Of a stretch of DNA of 64,000 nucleotides, positions 52,212-62,383 are shown in pieces. Every line of letters begins with the position of its first letter. Position 1 is the stretch's first letter. The translations under genes and the position numbers were made by a program. This DNA comes from Fistulifera solaris. Lineage: Eukaryota. The notes beneath the pieces were generated by a model. That model searched no databases and was not told the origin of the DNA. It worked only from the letters and a program-made list of their open reading frames with translations. The DNA lies in NCBI GenBank assembly GCA_030295235.1, contig AP026133.1, positions 434,001 to 498,000 of the forward strand, in the 5' to 3' direction.

Positions 52212-52996
52212 CTATCGCATTGCTCTTGATGATCGTCGTGCTTTTAGGGACAAGAAATAATAATGATGTAACGTTCTAGTTTCACCAAACTTCTATAAAG
52301 ATAAAGCTTACCAGCCGGCGAGAAGATGATTTCGAAAGTAGCAACAAGCGTATCTCACACAGAGTTTCCTCTCATATCTCATATCATTCCATCTCCGCTA
52401 GTGATTCAAACAAGATAATGAATGAGATGCCTGTGAAAGATGATTAAGCCGGTCCTGTTGCCTCCTTCCTCCTTGGTTGCCACGAACGTGCGATTTCGTG
52501 GTTGAAAAGGCGCTTGTCCCGTAGCGTTCCGTTTTCCATTAATACAGAGAGTACTGCTGGGTCATCCCGAAGTTTCGCCCTTTAAAGTTAGGACAATTGT
52601 TTACGGAATTCTTTCCTTATTTTTCTGAAGGCAATTGTAAATAAACAATAGCCTTTCGGAAGCGGTCGGCCTTCTCGCAGTAGATTAGGCGCGATTCAGT
52701 CTTGAAAGCATAATCTGTGTTAACAGGTAAATTCTATACTTGGATCATCTGGCAGTATTCTGTCCTAAATGTTAAAAACTTGCGTACTCTAACTCCTAGA
52801 AACGGGAAACGGCACTCCGATTCGGACTCCGTTTTCCGATTGTCAAGATTTGTTGATTTCCTTTTTCCGTTTCCGCTTATCGCCGTTTCTCCGGAACGAT
52901 TGTTGTGCAAGCTGTCATAGGAATCGGGTTATTTGAACCGTGAATGGATTTGTGTGAATAACGCGGAGGACGAGACGCGGTGCGAGGCGTAAAATT

Positions 52997-53782
52997 GTGC
53001 AACCACTCCATGCTATGCTGATGGACCTTTTTGGACCGTCCGTCGTTGGATTTACTTAGGAGGAATACATACCTTAGCGACATGCCATCCAAAAAACTTT
53101 TTGGATGCAGCCAATCAGAATCAGACGATCCAAAAAAGTCCAAAAGGTCCAACCAATCAGAATGCGTTATCCAAAAGCGACTTGTAAAGCGCCTGTACGC
53201 GATCCGGGCGGGCGGGTTATAAAAATGGCGATCCATCGTCATTTTTGGATCAAGCTATTGTTGCATAAACCAGCGAGTTTTACATCCTGTGGATTGAAAT
53301 GAAGATGAATAGTAGTTTATTTGATGACTTTGTACGCAGCGCTCAGTGGTGTTTTCACGTTCCCAGAAAATATGGGGGGGGGGGGGGGGAGTGGTGTTTT
53401 CACGTTCCCCGAAAAGATGGGAGTGTGGTGTTTTCACGTACCCGGAAAATATGGGGTGTGGTGTTTTCACGTACCCAGAAAATATGGGAGTGTGGTGTTT
53501 TCACGTACCCAGAAAATTTGGGAGTGTGGTGTTTTCACGTACCCGAAAAATATGGGCGTGTGGTGTTTTCACGTACCCAGAAAATAGGGAGATGTGGTGT
53601 GTGAACGGGTGTGACTACTTTGTATGTAACGATTAATTGCAGAAAATATGGGATTGTGGTGTTTGTGCGAACGACGAAACGCGAAAATTTATTAAGAAAG
53701 ACGCCTTTTGGCGTCTGCCCATGCTCGCTTCGCTCGCGAGCAATAAAAATCCAAAAGGTCCACCAGCATGGAGTGGTTGCCC
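52997..53782. mobile_element. Non-autonomous TIR element (MITE-like) containing a tandem array
   Basis: The left end GTGCAACCACTCCATGCT(atgct)GATGGACCTTTTTGGA matches the reverse complement of the right end TCCAAAAGGTCCACCAGCATGGAGTGGTTGCCC. Flanked by direct repeat AAAATT (52991..52996 and 53783..53788). Confidence 0.7.
53346..53664. repeat. 34-bp minisatellite, ~7 full copies plus degenerate copies
   Basis: Consensus GTGGTGTTTTCACGTACCCAGAAAATATGGGAGT, with copies starting at 53346, 53391, 53425, 53458, 53492, 53526 and 53560. Confidence 0.92.
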
Positions 53783-53896
53783 AAAATTGCGAAAAGACAT
53801 CTTCAATTTTTTTTTACATCATGAAGCAAAAGGAGCCAAAGCTGCCTCTAAACGGTATGAAGAACGCACGGAGCAAGTCGATATGAGTTAGAAAAC

Positions 53897-55318
53897 ATGA
53901 CGACAACCAGTAGTCGAGGAACGTCGGCTTTGTTGATCCTCCTTGCGTTCCTAGGAATTATGGGAATGTTCTCCGACAGAATGACCGTGATGACCGCGAC
54001 GAACGAAATGACTATTGAAACGAAGAATGAGGTTGAACAAAAACCACGTCCTCCAAAGAAGCCCAAACACGAAATCGCCAATTTTCTTCCCAACGTGTTA
54101 TCAGGAATGCTAGATGCTCATCCGTTTGACTTGCCGAACCGAGTTGCCGTTTCCTTGCGAGGAAATTCGACCTTTATATCAGTCGAACAAACAGTTCACT
54201 TTCTTCGGCAACATTGTGACACGATTTCGGAATCTCTGTCATCGGCCGATTTTCGCGTGGGACTGTCGTTCCTTGAACTTCGACCGCGAGGGACGAGTAT
54301 GTCGTTTCCTTCCATGGTTGAATATCTTGTTTTGGCCTATCAATCGTTACATTCTTTGGCAGCTGTCTGTTCGGATACATCCACACATCGTCGACCCGAG
54401 CAATGGTCTTCCTTACGAAGAGGAAACCCATCCGTTCACGTCCCGTGGATATACATTCCTACACGAGATATCAAAAACATGGGGGACATCTATTCGATGA
54501 CGATCGACGCCGTCTTGCGCGCTTTTGTGAGCACCGCCACGCGCAATCGACCGACTACCAAATTTTTCGGATACGAAGTAAATGATGATAGCACTCGATC
54601 ACAACTGGAACAACCTGCGGATCTACTTACGGCGCATCAGAAAATTCTATCTCATGTGCGATACCACGAAATGGTGGCAACGGCCGATGCACTCATTTTA
54701 CTCAAGAGTTCTAATGTTCTCAAGGACAACTTGTGGCTCGACATGAGTAACTTTCCCTTTGAAGAATGGCAGAACGATGTGCAAAAGGCGTTAGAAAGTC
54801 TCACTCCGACGATTGAAAATAAAATGAACAAAACAATTCTCTGCTATCTCGATCAACAAAACGACAAACAGTACAGGCTTCCGATTGGTTATCACAAATT
54901 ACTCAAGCAGCATTTTTCTGTTCACCGTGAGGTTGATCTGATAACAATCGATTCCGCCAATCCTCTGGATTTACTGTATCTTCGTGGCCGATGTCCCGTC
55001 TTGATGGGTTCTCGGAGTCCGCTGCTATCTTCAATCTCTCTCTTTCTTTCTGTGGGCACTAAAATCATTGAGCACGGGTGGGATCCCGAACCTGCTGCCT
55101 ATGTTTCCGCTCAGGTACTGGCGCATGGTCTAAATTACCCGTACTTGAGAGTCTTTCGTGGCCAAATGGTCGATGTGGAGTCGAATCACGTACCCGACCC
55201 CAACTGGATACCGATGTCTTGCGACAAATCATGCTCAAGGGATTTGCGCCACTGGAAAAGCTTTTTAGGAGTTTCTCCTCTTCGCATAAAATCAGGCGGT
55301 AAACGATTGAATGAATGA
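53897..55318 (+). CDS. Type II membrane protein, possibly a degenerate GT61-like glycosyltransferase
   Basis: 473-aa ORF with an N-terminal TM. 'CPVLMGSRSPLLSSISLFLSVGTKIIEHG' weakly resembles the GT61 'V.VG.HGAGL.N.LF...G..VIE' segment. Confidence 0.45.
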   Translation: MTTTSSRGTSALLILLAFLGIMGMFSDRMTVMTATNEMTIETKNEVEQKPRPPKKPKHEIANFLPNVLSGMLDAHPFDLPNRVAVSLRGNSTFISVEQTVHFLRQHCDTISESLSSADFRVGLSFLELRPRGTSMSFPSMVEYLVLAYQSLHSLAAVCSDTSTHRRPEQWSSLRRGNPSVHVPWIYIPTRDIKNMGDIYSMTIDAVLRAFVSTATRNRPTTKFFGYEVNDDSTRSQLEQPADLLTAHQKILSHVRYHEMVATADALILLKSSNVLKDNLWLDMSNFPFEEWQNDVQKALESLTPTIENKMNKTILCYLDQQNDKQYRLPIGYHKLLKQHFSVHREVDLITIDSANPLDLLYLRGRCPVLMGSRSPLLSSISLFLSVGTKIIEHGWDPEPAAYVSAQVLAHGLNYPYLRVFRGQMVDVESNHVPDPNWIPMSCDKSCSRDLRHWKSFLGVSPLRIKSGGKRLNE

Positions 55319-55512
55319 GTGACGAACAATAAAGTTCGCCTACTATCGTTTTCTTTCGTAAGGTGACCCTGGATCTAGAATGTAGACATGCCATCGCTAT
55401 ATATCCCTCAATCTTGAACTTGTGACGATTTGAACGCAGAAACGTTTTTAATTTGCAATTTAAGGTTCAAAAGCGAATCGTCAGTTTCCAATTCTTCTTT
55501 ACTCTTTTAGGA

Positions 55513-56115
55513 CTACCACAAGCCCCATTTTTTTGTCTCCAACTCTGACAAACTCTTTTCTTTCTTTTCTTCAGCTAACTGTCGTTCCAGTTCCTTTACT
55601 CGCAAATCGAGCGTATGCAAAGCAGCTTGTAAAGCATCCCGTTCCGCTTTAGCAGCCTTTATTCGTTTCTCTTCTTTCTCTAAATCTTTCGCTTTACTCC
55701 GATTGTACTCCAAGACGACAGTCGTCCCGGATACGAGCAGAATGAAAAATTCCCCAATGAACTCGGCCCCCGTTTTCATGGCATTCTCATCTTCGAGGGG
55801 TTTAATTTCGCGAACTTTGTATCCGGCACTCCAAATGGTCATGCGACTCGACACTTGATGCGAGGCTTGGCCAATGCCAATCAAGACGCGTTGGGTGGCC
55901 GCATAACGCGAGAATTCGTGTTTGATCCGTTTCGACAACGGTTTGGCCAGTGTTTTGACGAACAGTGAAGCTAGTTTGGTGACTCTTTTGAATGAGGCAA
56001 TCAAATCAAAAGACAATGAGCATGATTGAGTGTGTTTGAAAGAGGAACAGAGAAGAATTTCAGATGCGCTTTGTTTGTAGCTGACAACAGGAACTTACGG
56101 AAGTGCAGTTGCCAT
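55513..56115 (-). CDS. OPA3: OPA3-like mitochondrial protein
   Basis: A 17-nt exon 1 (56115..56099) and intron 56098..55985 give MATALP-VTKLASLFVKTLAKPLSKRIK. Also 'KPL....A...GAEFIGEFFI...EY.RS' and a coiled coil. Confidence 0.88.
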
Positions 56116-56652
56116 GGCTGCGACAACAAAAGCTATAAGTTATCAAAGATAGGAAAGAATCAGTTATTAGTTCATTCAAAGTACCAGGTAATGACTATTC
56201 AATGTCCTTGTTTATCCATTTTCTTTTTATGTTTTTGTCGGTGTCATTCATGCGTGTTCCATCGCGATGAGAAAAAAGACGACGAGCAGATGAGCTCGAT
56301 TAAGAAGTCGTATCATCGTTTACAGTAAGGTTAACGGGAACCATTTCAACGAGTGCGCTGCGAGCAAAACTGCAACTATACTTTGTACTTAAACATGGTT
56401 TCGACGAAGCGTGTTGCGGGCGCCTCCGTGATGAAGACCTAAAACGGAACAACTGCTGTCTTTTTAGTTGGAATGACGAGAAAGTGGGTTGCAATGACAC
56501 AAGTGGCGAAACACGATATTCTCGGAGTACATCATAAAATCATGACTAAAATCTAGAGTCGTGCTAAAATACGGTCAACACTTTGGCACTATAGTAAATT
56601 TTAAGAGCAGCTGACGACAAAATATTCAACGTAAAAATGAACATCGGCATTA

Positions 56653-57339
56653 TTACTCGGTTACACGGATTTCATGAACTTCATTGCGCAACAAATGCAC
56701 TCGTTGATTCTCTGCGGACGAACCCGAACGTCCCGTATTCGATGCATGACTCTCATTGTTCGGGGCCATGAGTAAGGCCACTTTATCGCCTAACCAAACT
56801 ACCGCCGACCCGACCCCCAGAACAAAACGCTCAATCAAGTTATAACGATGTACATAATCCGCCGTCGCACGGTATCCTTTCATCAGACCCTGCTTCGTCT
56901 TTTCCAAAATATGATGTTTCTCATCGGCTTCCTTGGCGCGCTGCCACAAATTTGTGGCGGCCCGTTGTGATTCTTCGACAATGTTGTACTGTTCGTCCAA
57001 CTGTTTCGCTTTGTGATGTACCAACAGAGCAACTTCACCGACCGCACGCGCGGTATCACGAAGGCCGGACGCATTCGGTTGTTCGCACGCAAACTTGGCC
57101 CCCACACCCAAAACCACCGCCAAGATGGGACCGCCGACCAAACAGCCCACAACGGCGGAACCAATACCGGCTGCTTGTGCGAGCCGTTTTTCTTCGACGG
57201 CTGCATTGTCTTCGTGAGTATCATTCATTTGTTCGGCATTCACAATGACATCGTTTTCGTCGACTACGACAGTACTCGGTTCATTCGTCGATACCAGAGT
57301 GAATTCAAAGCTATCTTCAGACTTTTTGGATTGCGTCAT
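56653..57339 (-). CDS. Hypothetical protein with a Gly-rich hydrophobic hairpin
   Basis: 228-aa ORF; 'AAGIGSAVVGCLVGGPILAVVLGVGA' followed by amphipathic helices. Confidence 0.55.
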   Translation of the reverse strand: MTQSKKSEDSFEFTLVSTNEPSTVVVDENDVIVNAEQMNDTHEDNAAVEEKRLAQAAGIGSAVVGCLVGGPILAVVLGVGAKFACEQPNASGLRDTARAVGEVALLVHHKAKQLDEQYNIVEESQRAATNLWQRAKEADEKHHILEKTKQGLMKGYRATADYVHRYNLIERFVLGVGSAVVWLGDKVALLMAPNNESHASNTGRSGSSAENQRVHLLRNEVHEIRVTE

Positions 57340-57842
57340 CTTGGTGAAAGATATTTTATGAAAGGTTCAATCTATGAAAAAGAAACAAGTAAATGCACCC
57401 TTATTGTTCTTGTATGTTCTGGTCTCTATTTTTGGATTCGGTACGAATAAAAAAATGGCACCTCCACGACTTAATATCGTTACAATAAGAATCAGAATAA
57501 TCGCTCATCCCTCGTCCGCACTTTATTATCAACCTCTCTACTCTGAACCTGAGAACGTGCGCGCAGAGAGGAAAATCCCGAGTCACTAATTCAGTGAGTC
57601 ATGAGTGAATCGGTTTGCGCCCCCCGCACCCCCGCATCGCGATGATGCAGATGATGCCAACCATCCGTCGATTATTTGATTGCGGCATCGAATGCGAATT
57701 CTGTCGTAAAGGAAAAGAGTTTCTGGTCTCTACTCTCAAGTCGATCTGTTGCAACCTTGTAATTTGCATTTCAGTAAGAAGGAAAAAATCAATTTCGAAA
57801 CGACAAAGAGGTCCTTTGTTTTTGTGAGCGTTCCTCCGTGTC

Positions 57843-60446
57843 ATGACGAAGACGACGACACTTGCCAATCGCGCCGTAGTACTTTGCTTTTGGCTCATGA
57901 TACGAAACATTCATTGTTTCCAACTCAAACAGATCTCACCTCGAACATTGACTACTAGAATCATGTCCGCCCAAATGTCAAATTTAATACCCAGCAATCA
58001 AGAGCTGGTGCAACAACGATTGCAGGTAGCGCGCGAAAAGCGAGCAGCACGCACTCGGTCGATTCAACAAATCCAGGAACGGAATATGCATCTCAAAAAC
58101 ATACTTCATTCAGAGAATAACACTACAGTACCCATGTATGCGGTCAAAGTCACCGTTTGTGACGAATTGAGAGACGAACTCAAATTGAGTGGACGGGAAA
58201 AGCGAGGACGCGTGTTCATTGAATCAGAGTCCGACGCGGTGCGATCCTTGAAAGGACTGCGATTTGAATTGCATGCCTTCTTTCGTGCGTTACGAAAGGG
58301 AAGCTTTTGTTGTCGGCAGGATATCCATTAGTAGAAGAAGATGGGACAATCAGCAGCAGCAAGACTGTGGATGATGTGGTATGGAAGATTGAATCTGATC
58401 AAGACGTGATTGATACGTTCCAGAAGGCCGATAGATTTTTCCAAGTCAATGCGTCCACTTTGAAACGACCGTCAATTGTGATCAAGGTACAGAAAGATCC
58501 GAATGCTGCTCCACCGCCACCACCTCCCGCGTATCTGCAGAATATGCCAGATCCGTCTAGCAGTCCGACGATAACTATGTTATCGTTCTACTCGTTTCCT
58601 CCCGGAGGAGTGGAAAATCCGGAAGACTTTGCGAATCTGCTGCGGAAATCGTGGAAACCGTTTCAAGCCTTGGGCCGTATCTATGTCGCAAAGGAAGGTA
58701 TTAATGCCCAAATGAGTGTCCCGACCAATATATTAGACAATTTTATGGCGTGCTGTCAAAGTATTCCCGAGTTGGGATCGTACATGGAAAATGGAATAAA
58801 TATCGACCCCATTCCATTGACACGTGAAGAATTTGCCACCGCAGGAACACCCGCGGCAGGTGGTGAGCCCGCACCACCGTTCACGGGCCTCCACGTCCGC
58901 GTGCGCCGACAAATTGTGGCCGATGGTTTGGACGAGGCGTTGGATTGGCAATCCGCGGGATATGATATGCCACCCCTAGAGTGGCATCAAAAGCTCAAGG
59001 AAGAAAAGGATAACCTGGTACTTTTAGATTGTCGCAATACATACGAGACTGATGTCGGTCGCTTTGAAGGAGCAGAACCGTTAGGAACGGAAAACTTTCG
59101 AGACAGCTGGGCCGTGTTGGAAGATCGCCTCAAAGACCTTCCTAAAGATACACCCATTTATGGTTATTGCACGGGTGGCATTCGATGCGTCAAAGTTGGA
59201 GCTTACGTGACACAAAAGATGGGCTTTAAGAATTTCACTCGTCTCGCTGGAGGCATCGTTGCGTACGATCGAACAATACAGGAGGAAGCTCCAACAGAAG
59301 AGCCTCTTTTAAAGGTACCAATTTTGTCTTCGACGGCCGTCTAGGTCGACCTATCACGGAAGATTCACTGGGAACGTGTTTAACATGCGGAGGAGAGACA
59401 TCTTTGGTGAGCAACTGTCGCAATGAGAACTGTCACAAACGGATGATTCAATGTGAAAACTGTAGGACTTCTTTTCTGGGAACTTGTTCCGATGCGTGTC
59501 GACATCGCCTGGTTCGAGGGACTTCTGTTTCTATTACATCGCGACCAGAGGAAAGCAAAGTTTCGTTCAAGAATCTTGAGGATTATAGCTCGGGACACAG
59601 TTCTCCGACTCCCTCAGTTTACAAAGAAGTCGAGTTCAATACCAAGTCGCTCATTCCTTCAGGATCTCATATGATATCGGGAGACGCCCAAGGTCGTCTG
59701 CTGGCACAGCTTGCTTCCATGACACGAGAAGGACGTGTGATGGAGCTTGGGACATTTACCGGCTACAGCACGATTTGTCTCATCGAGGGAGCAGGGAACG
59801 TGGCCAAGGTAATGGGGCAAAAGGTACTAGAGAATCTGGTCCATTTGTGTTGACGATGGAGCGAGATTCGAGAGCGTTCGATGTTGCTACTGCTCACGTC
59901 AAGGCTGTGGCCGAACACGGTCTATCTGAAGCGGGTGCAGAATCAATATGCAGTTTCCGAGAAGCCGACGTTCCTTCGATACTGTCAAGCACTGTATCAT
60001 TGGTGTATGAAGAGTCGGTTGGTGTCGAACTTCGTCGTGTCTCGGATGCCCTGGCTGCCGTTGAAAGCATAGCAAATGGAGCAGAGGATGACCTGTCTCC
60101 TTTTGATCTGGTGTTTGTTGATGCGGACAAAACACGTTTACTTGACTACGTAGAGGCATGCCTGTCGAACGATCGGGTTTTGAAGAAAGGTGGTCTAATT
60201 ATTGTAGACAATGTTCTCTGGAAGGGCCTGGTTTTGGATGCTAGTCGAAACGATAGTTTTTCTACAGCATCCGATAACGAGGATGAGGAAGCCGATGAAG
60301 AAACAGCTGAACTCCGCAAGAATCGACGAGCTAGAAAGCTAGCCAACAAAATGCATCGATTCAATGCAGCGATTGCGCAAGACAAGCGTGTTGAAGTATT
60401 AGTAATTCCCGTGCGGGATGGTTTAAGCGTTATCCGGAAAAAGTAA
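57843..60446 (+). CDS. Fusion of a TrhO/YceA (UPF0176) rhodanese-family tRNA U34 hydroxylase and a Methyltransf_3 (TrmR/CCoAOMT-like) O-methyltransferase; predicted plastid-targeted
   Basis: TrhO motifs 'GRIYVAKEGINAQMS', 'LLDCRNTYETDVGRF', 'YCTGGIRC', 'FKGTNFVFDGR' and a Cys-rich tail. OMT motifs 'ELGTFTGYS', 'FDLVFVDADK', 'GGLIIVDNVLWKG', 'PVRDGL'. Three single-base homopolymer gaps (~58307, ~59309, ~59816). Confidence 0.85.
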
Positions 60447-60863
60447 ATGGATTAAAGTGGGTTATTTGTTGCTTGTCAGACTGTGCACGTTCTCTGGCTT
60501 TTCATATTTTGGCAGTCAACGAAATGAATAGCCGAAGAAGTGCTTTACCAAGGAGGCAACGAACAATGTTATCCACTAGATTATAATTCTTTCTCGACTT
60601 TCTGAAGCAGTTTTGAAACGCATCTTTGCTAAAATCGACAACGTTCTTGCTTTGGACCTTCAAACCCCGACAATCAGATTTACTATAGCCTCAAGTGTAA
60701 GCGACCTTGCTTCCCGACTGAATTTCAGTCCGGAGTTTGATCATAGTTTGCGCGTCATTACGCATTTATTTGCCTTGATTCCAATTCCAAGGCCATTTCA
60801 TTTTACTCTTATCCGTTACGAAACCATTGTTTTCCATAACTTATCATTCATTTATGACATATC

Positions 60864-61208
60864 ATGATAGGAGTTACATTTCTTCCCATTGTTGCCATGC
60901 TTGTCCATCTGAGAGGGTCGATCTACCGTAGTAAAAGGACGAACGATTTTAGGCCAGTGAAGGCTGACCATTCAAACAATGACGACGATTTTTTGCCGAC
61001 GCAAGAACCACAGATGTATTTCCCCACAGGACCCTTGACCCCCGAGCGAAAAGAGCTTTTGCAATACATTCAACAACTCAAGGCCGAAACGAAAGACGAT
61101 GATGATAACGAGGAAGGCGGCCGTGCATGTAGAGGAGAACCGCAGGTAGACCCATCCCGACAAGTTCAACCCAATAAAGGCGACTCAGAGTGGATCGATG
61201 ATTGGTAG
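60864..61208 (+). CDS. Small hypothetical protein with a hydrophobic N-terminus
   Basis: 114-aa ATG-initiated ORF with no recognised motif. Confidence 0.35.
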   Translation: MIGVTFLPIVAMLVHLRGSIYRSKRTNDFRPVKADHSNNDDDFLPTQEPQMYFPTGPLTPERKELLQYIQQLKAETKDDDDNEEGGRACRGEPQVDPSRQVQPNKGDSEWIDDW

Positions 61209-61384
61209 AATTGTCGTAAAACACAGTTTGAAATATCTGGCTTGACGCATTTGCATTGGCAGTGCTAAAAAATCCTCGACAATCGGTCATAGTGACACAC
61301 TATCCCATTCGCACAACGAAAGGATTGATAAACTGAGTGACACCGGCCGCCTATGTCCGTGATTACGTTGGATCGGCGGGTATA

Positions 61385-62383
61385 CTATACATTATCGTCA
61401 CAAGAATGAAAGGCGGTGGGTGCGGTACTCGAGGCCTTCGGATTCCTCACATTCTGCCCCGGTGGACTCAACAACACCTGACGAATTCCTGCCGGGTGTT
61501 TCCCTAATGGCCAGGGCATTGCGAAGGAACGATAAATGCAGTTGACAATGTGAAGTAAGGGTTTTTGGAGCGCTCTCCCTGATCCAGGCATGACGGAAAT
61601 CGGCTGCTCTCGAGGTTGCAATGGGCTAAAGATAGGATCACAAACCACCGGGTTATCTCGGTTCATTTCGCGATGCTCGACGATTTTCGACAAAGTATTT
61701 AGAAGCAAAGCCTGCATGACATCTTTGGCAAACTGGTGATTGGCTATTCTGCGGATCGCCGATCTTGGGAAGCGAAAGAACTGCGTCTTTTCGAGAGTCC
61801 GACAACGCAGATTGACTTTGACAAAGATACTTGAATGATCGAAGAAACCAACATGCGCAATGTCAAACATTTCTGCCGAGCCGAGGATTCTGTCTACCTT
61901 CAAATCCGTTGAAGATCCGTCGTAGATCTTGAGGCTTACCCGGCCATGATATATGATATAAAAGTAATGCTCCGTTGGAATATCTTCATCACCATCGAGA
62001 GTGACAAATTCCATGTCTGGCGCTACAATGGTCTTGAAAAGACGTCGGGATAAACCTCCTGTACGATAAAATAAATACCACAATGCCTCTTCATTTTCAT
62101 TGAGCGCCACGTAGCGTTCATCGTTCAGAAGATTGACAAGCGAAGTACCGTGCACGTAAAGTCCCACCACGGCCCAGATCAAGCTATCCAACGGCAAGCC
62201 ATCGGCTTGACTGTCACCCCAAAGAGGCGAACCGAGTAATGAATTGATAAGAAGCATCATATAAGCAGCAAAGAGGAAGAGTCGAATGACCAGCAAATCA
62301 CCGTGCATGCCAGAAAGAGTGAAAAACAAGCTTGCGAGCTGCATCCATATCGACAGCGGCGTGTAAATGGATTTTGCCGTCAT
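61385..62383 (-). CDS. Popeye-like membrane protein with a cyclic-nucleotide-binding-type domain
   Basis: Three N-terminal TM helices with 'DLLVIRLFL' and linker 'LNENEEALWYLFY...LSRRLF'. These are followed by a jelly-roll-like 'FYIIYHGRVSL...LG..EMFD...RCRT'. Confidence 0.55.
   Translation of the reverse strand: MTAKSIYTPLSIWMQLASLFFTLSGMHGDLLVIRLFLFAAYMMLLINSLLGSPLWGDSQADGLPLDSLIWAVVGLYVHGTSLVNLLNDERYVALNENEEALWYLFYRTGGLSRRLFKTIVAPDMEFVTLDGDEDIPTEHYFYIIYHGRVSLKIYDGSSTDLKVDRILGSAEMFDIAHVGFFDHSSIFVKVNLRCRTLEKTQFFRFPRSAIRRIANHQFAKDVMQALLLNTLSKIVEHREMNRDNPVVCDPIFSPLQPREQPISVMPGSGRALQKPLLHIVNCIYRSFAMPWPLGKHPAGIRQVLLSPPGQNVRNPKASSTAPTAFHSCDDNV

Noticed and set aside
53374..53389. Poly-G run as a G-quadruplex element
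   Set aside because: It is an expansion of the GGG within one repeat unit, and homopolymer length is unreliable in this assembly.
53346..53600. CRISPR array
   Set aside because: The 34-bp units are head-to-tail with no unique spacers, there are no cas genes, and the context is eukaryotic. It is a minisatellite.
53255..53636. ORFs with repeated 'WCFHVP/GVFTYP' peptides
   Set aside because: They are translations of the 34-bp DNA repeat.
58300..59820. Programmed ribosomal frameshifting in the TrhO-OMT gene
   Set aside because: The same single-base homopolymer losses occur in unrelated housekeeping genes, so sequencing error is the simpler explanation.
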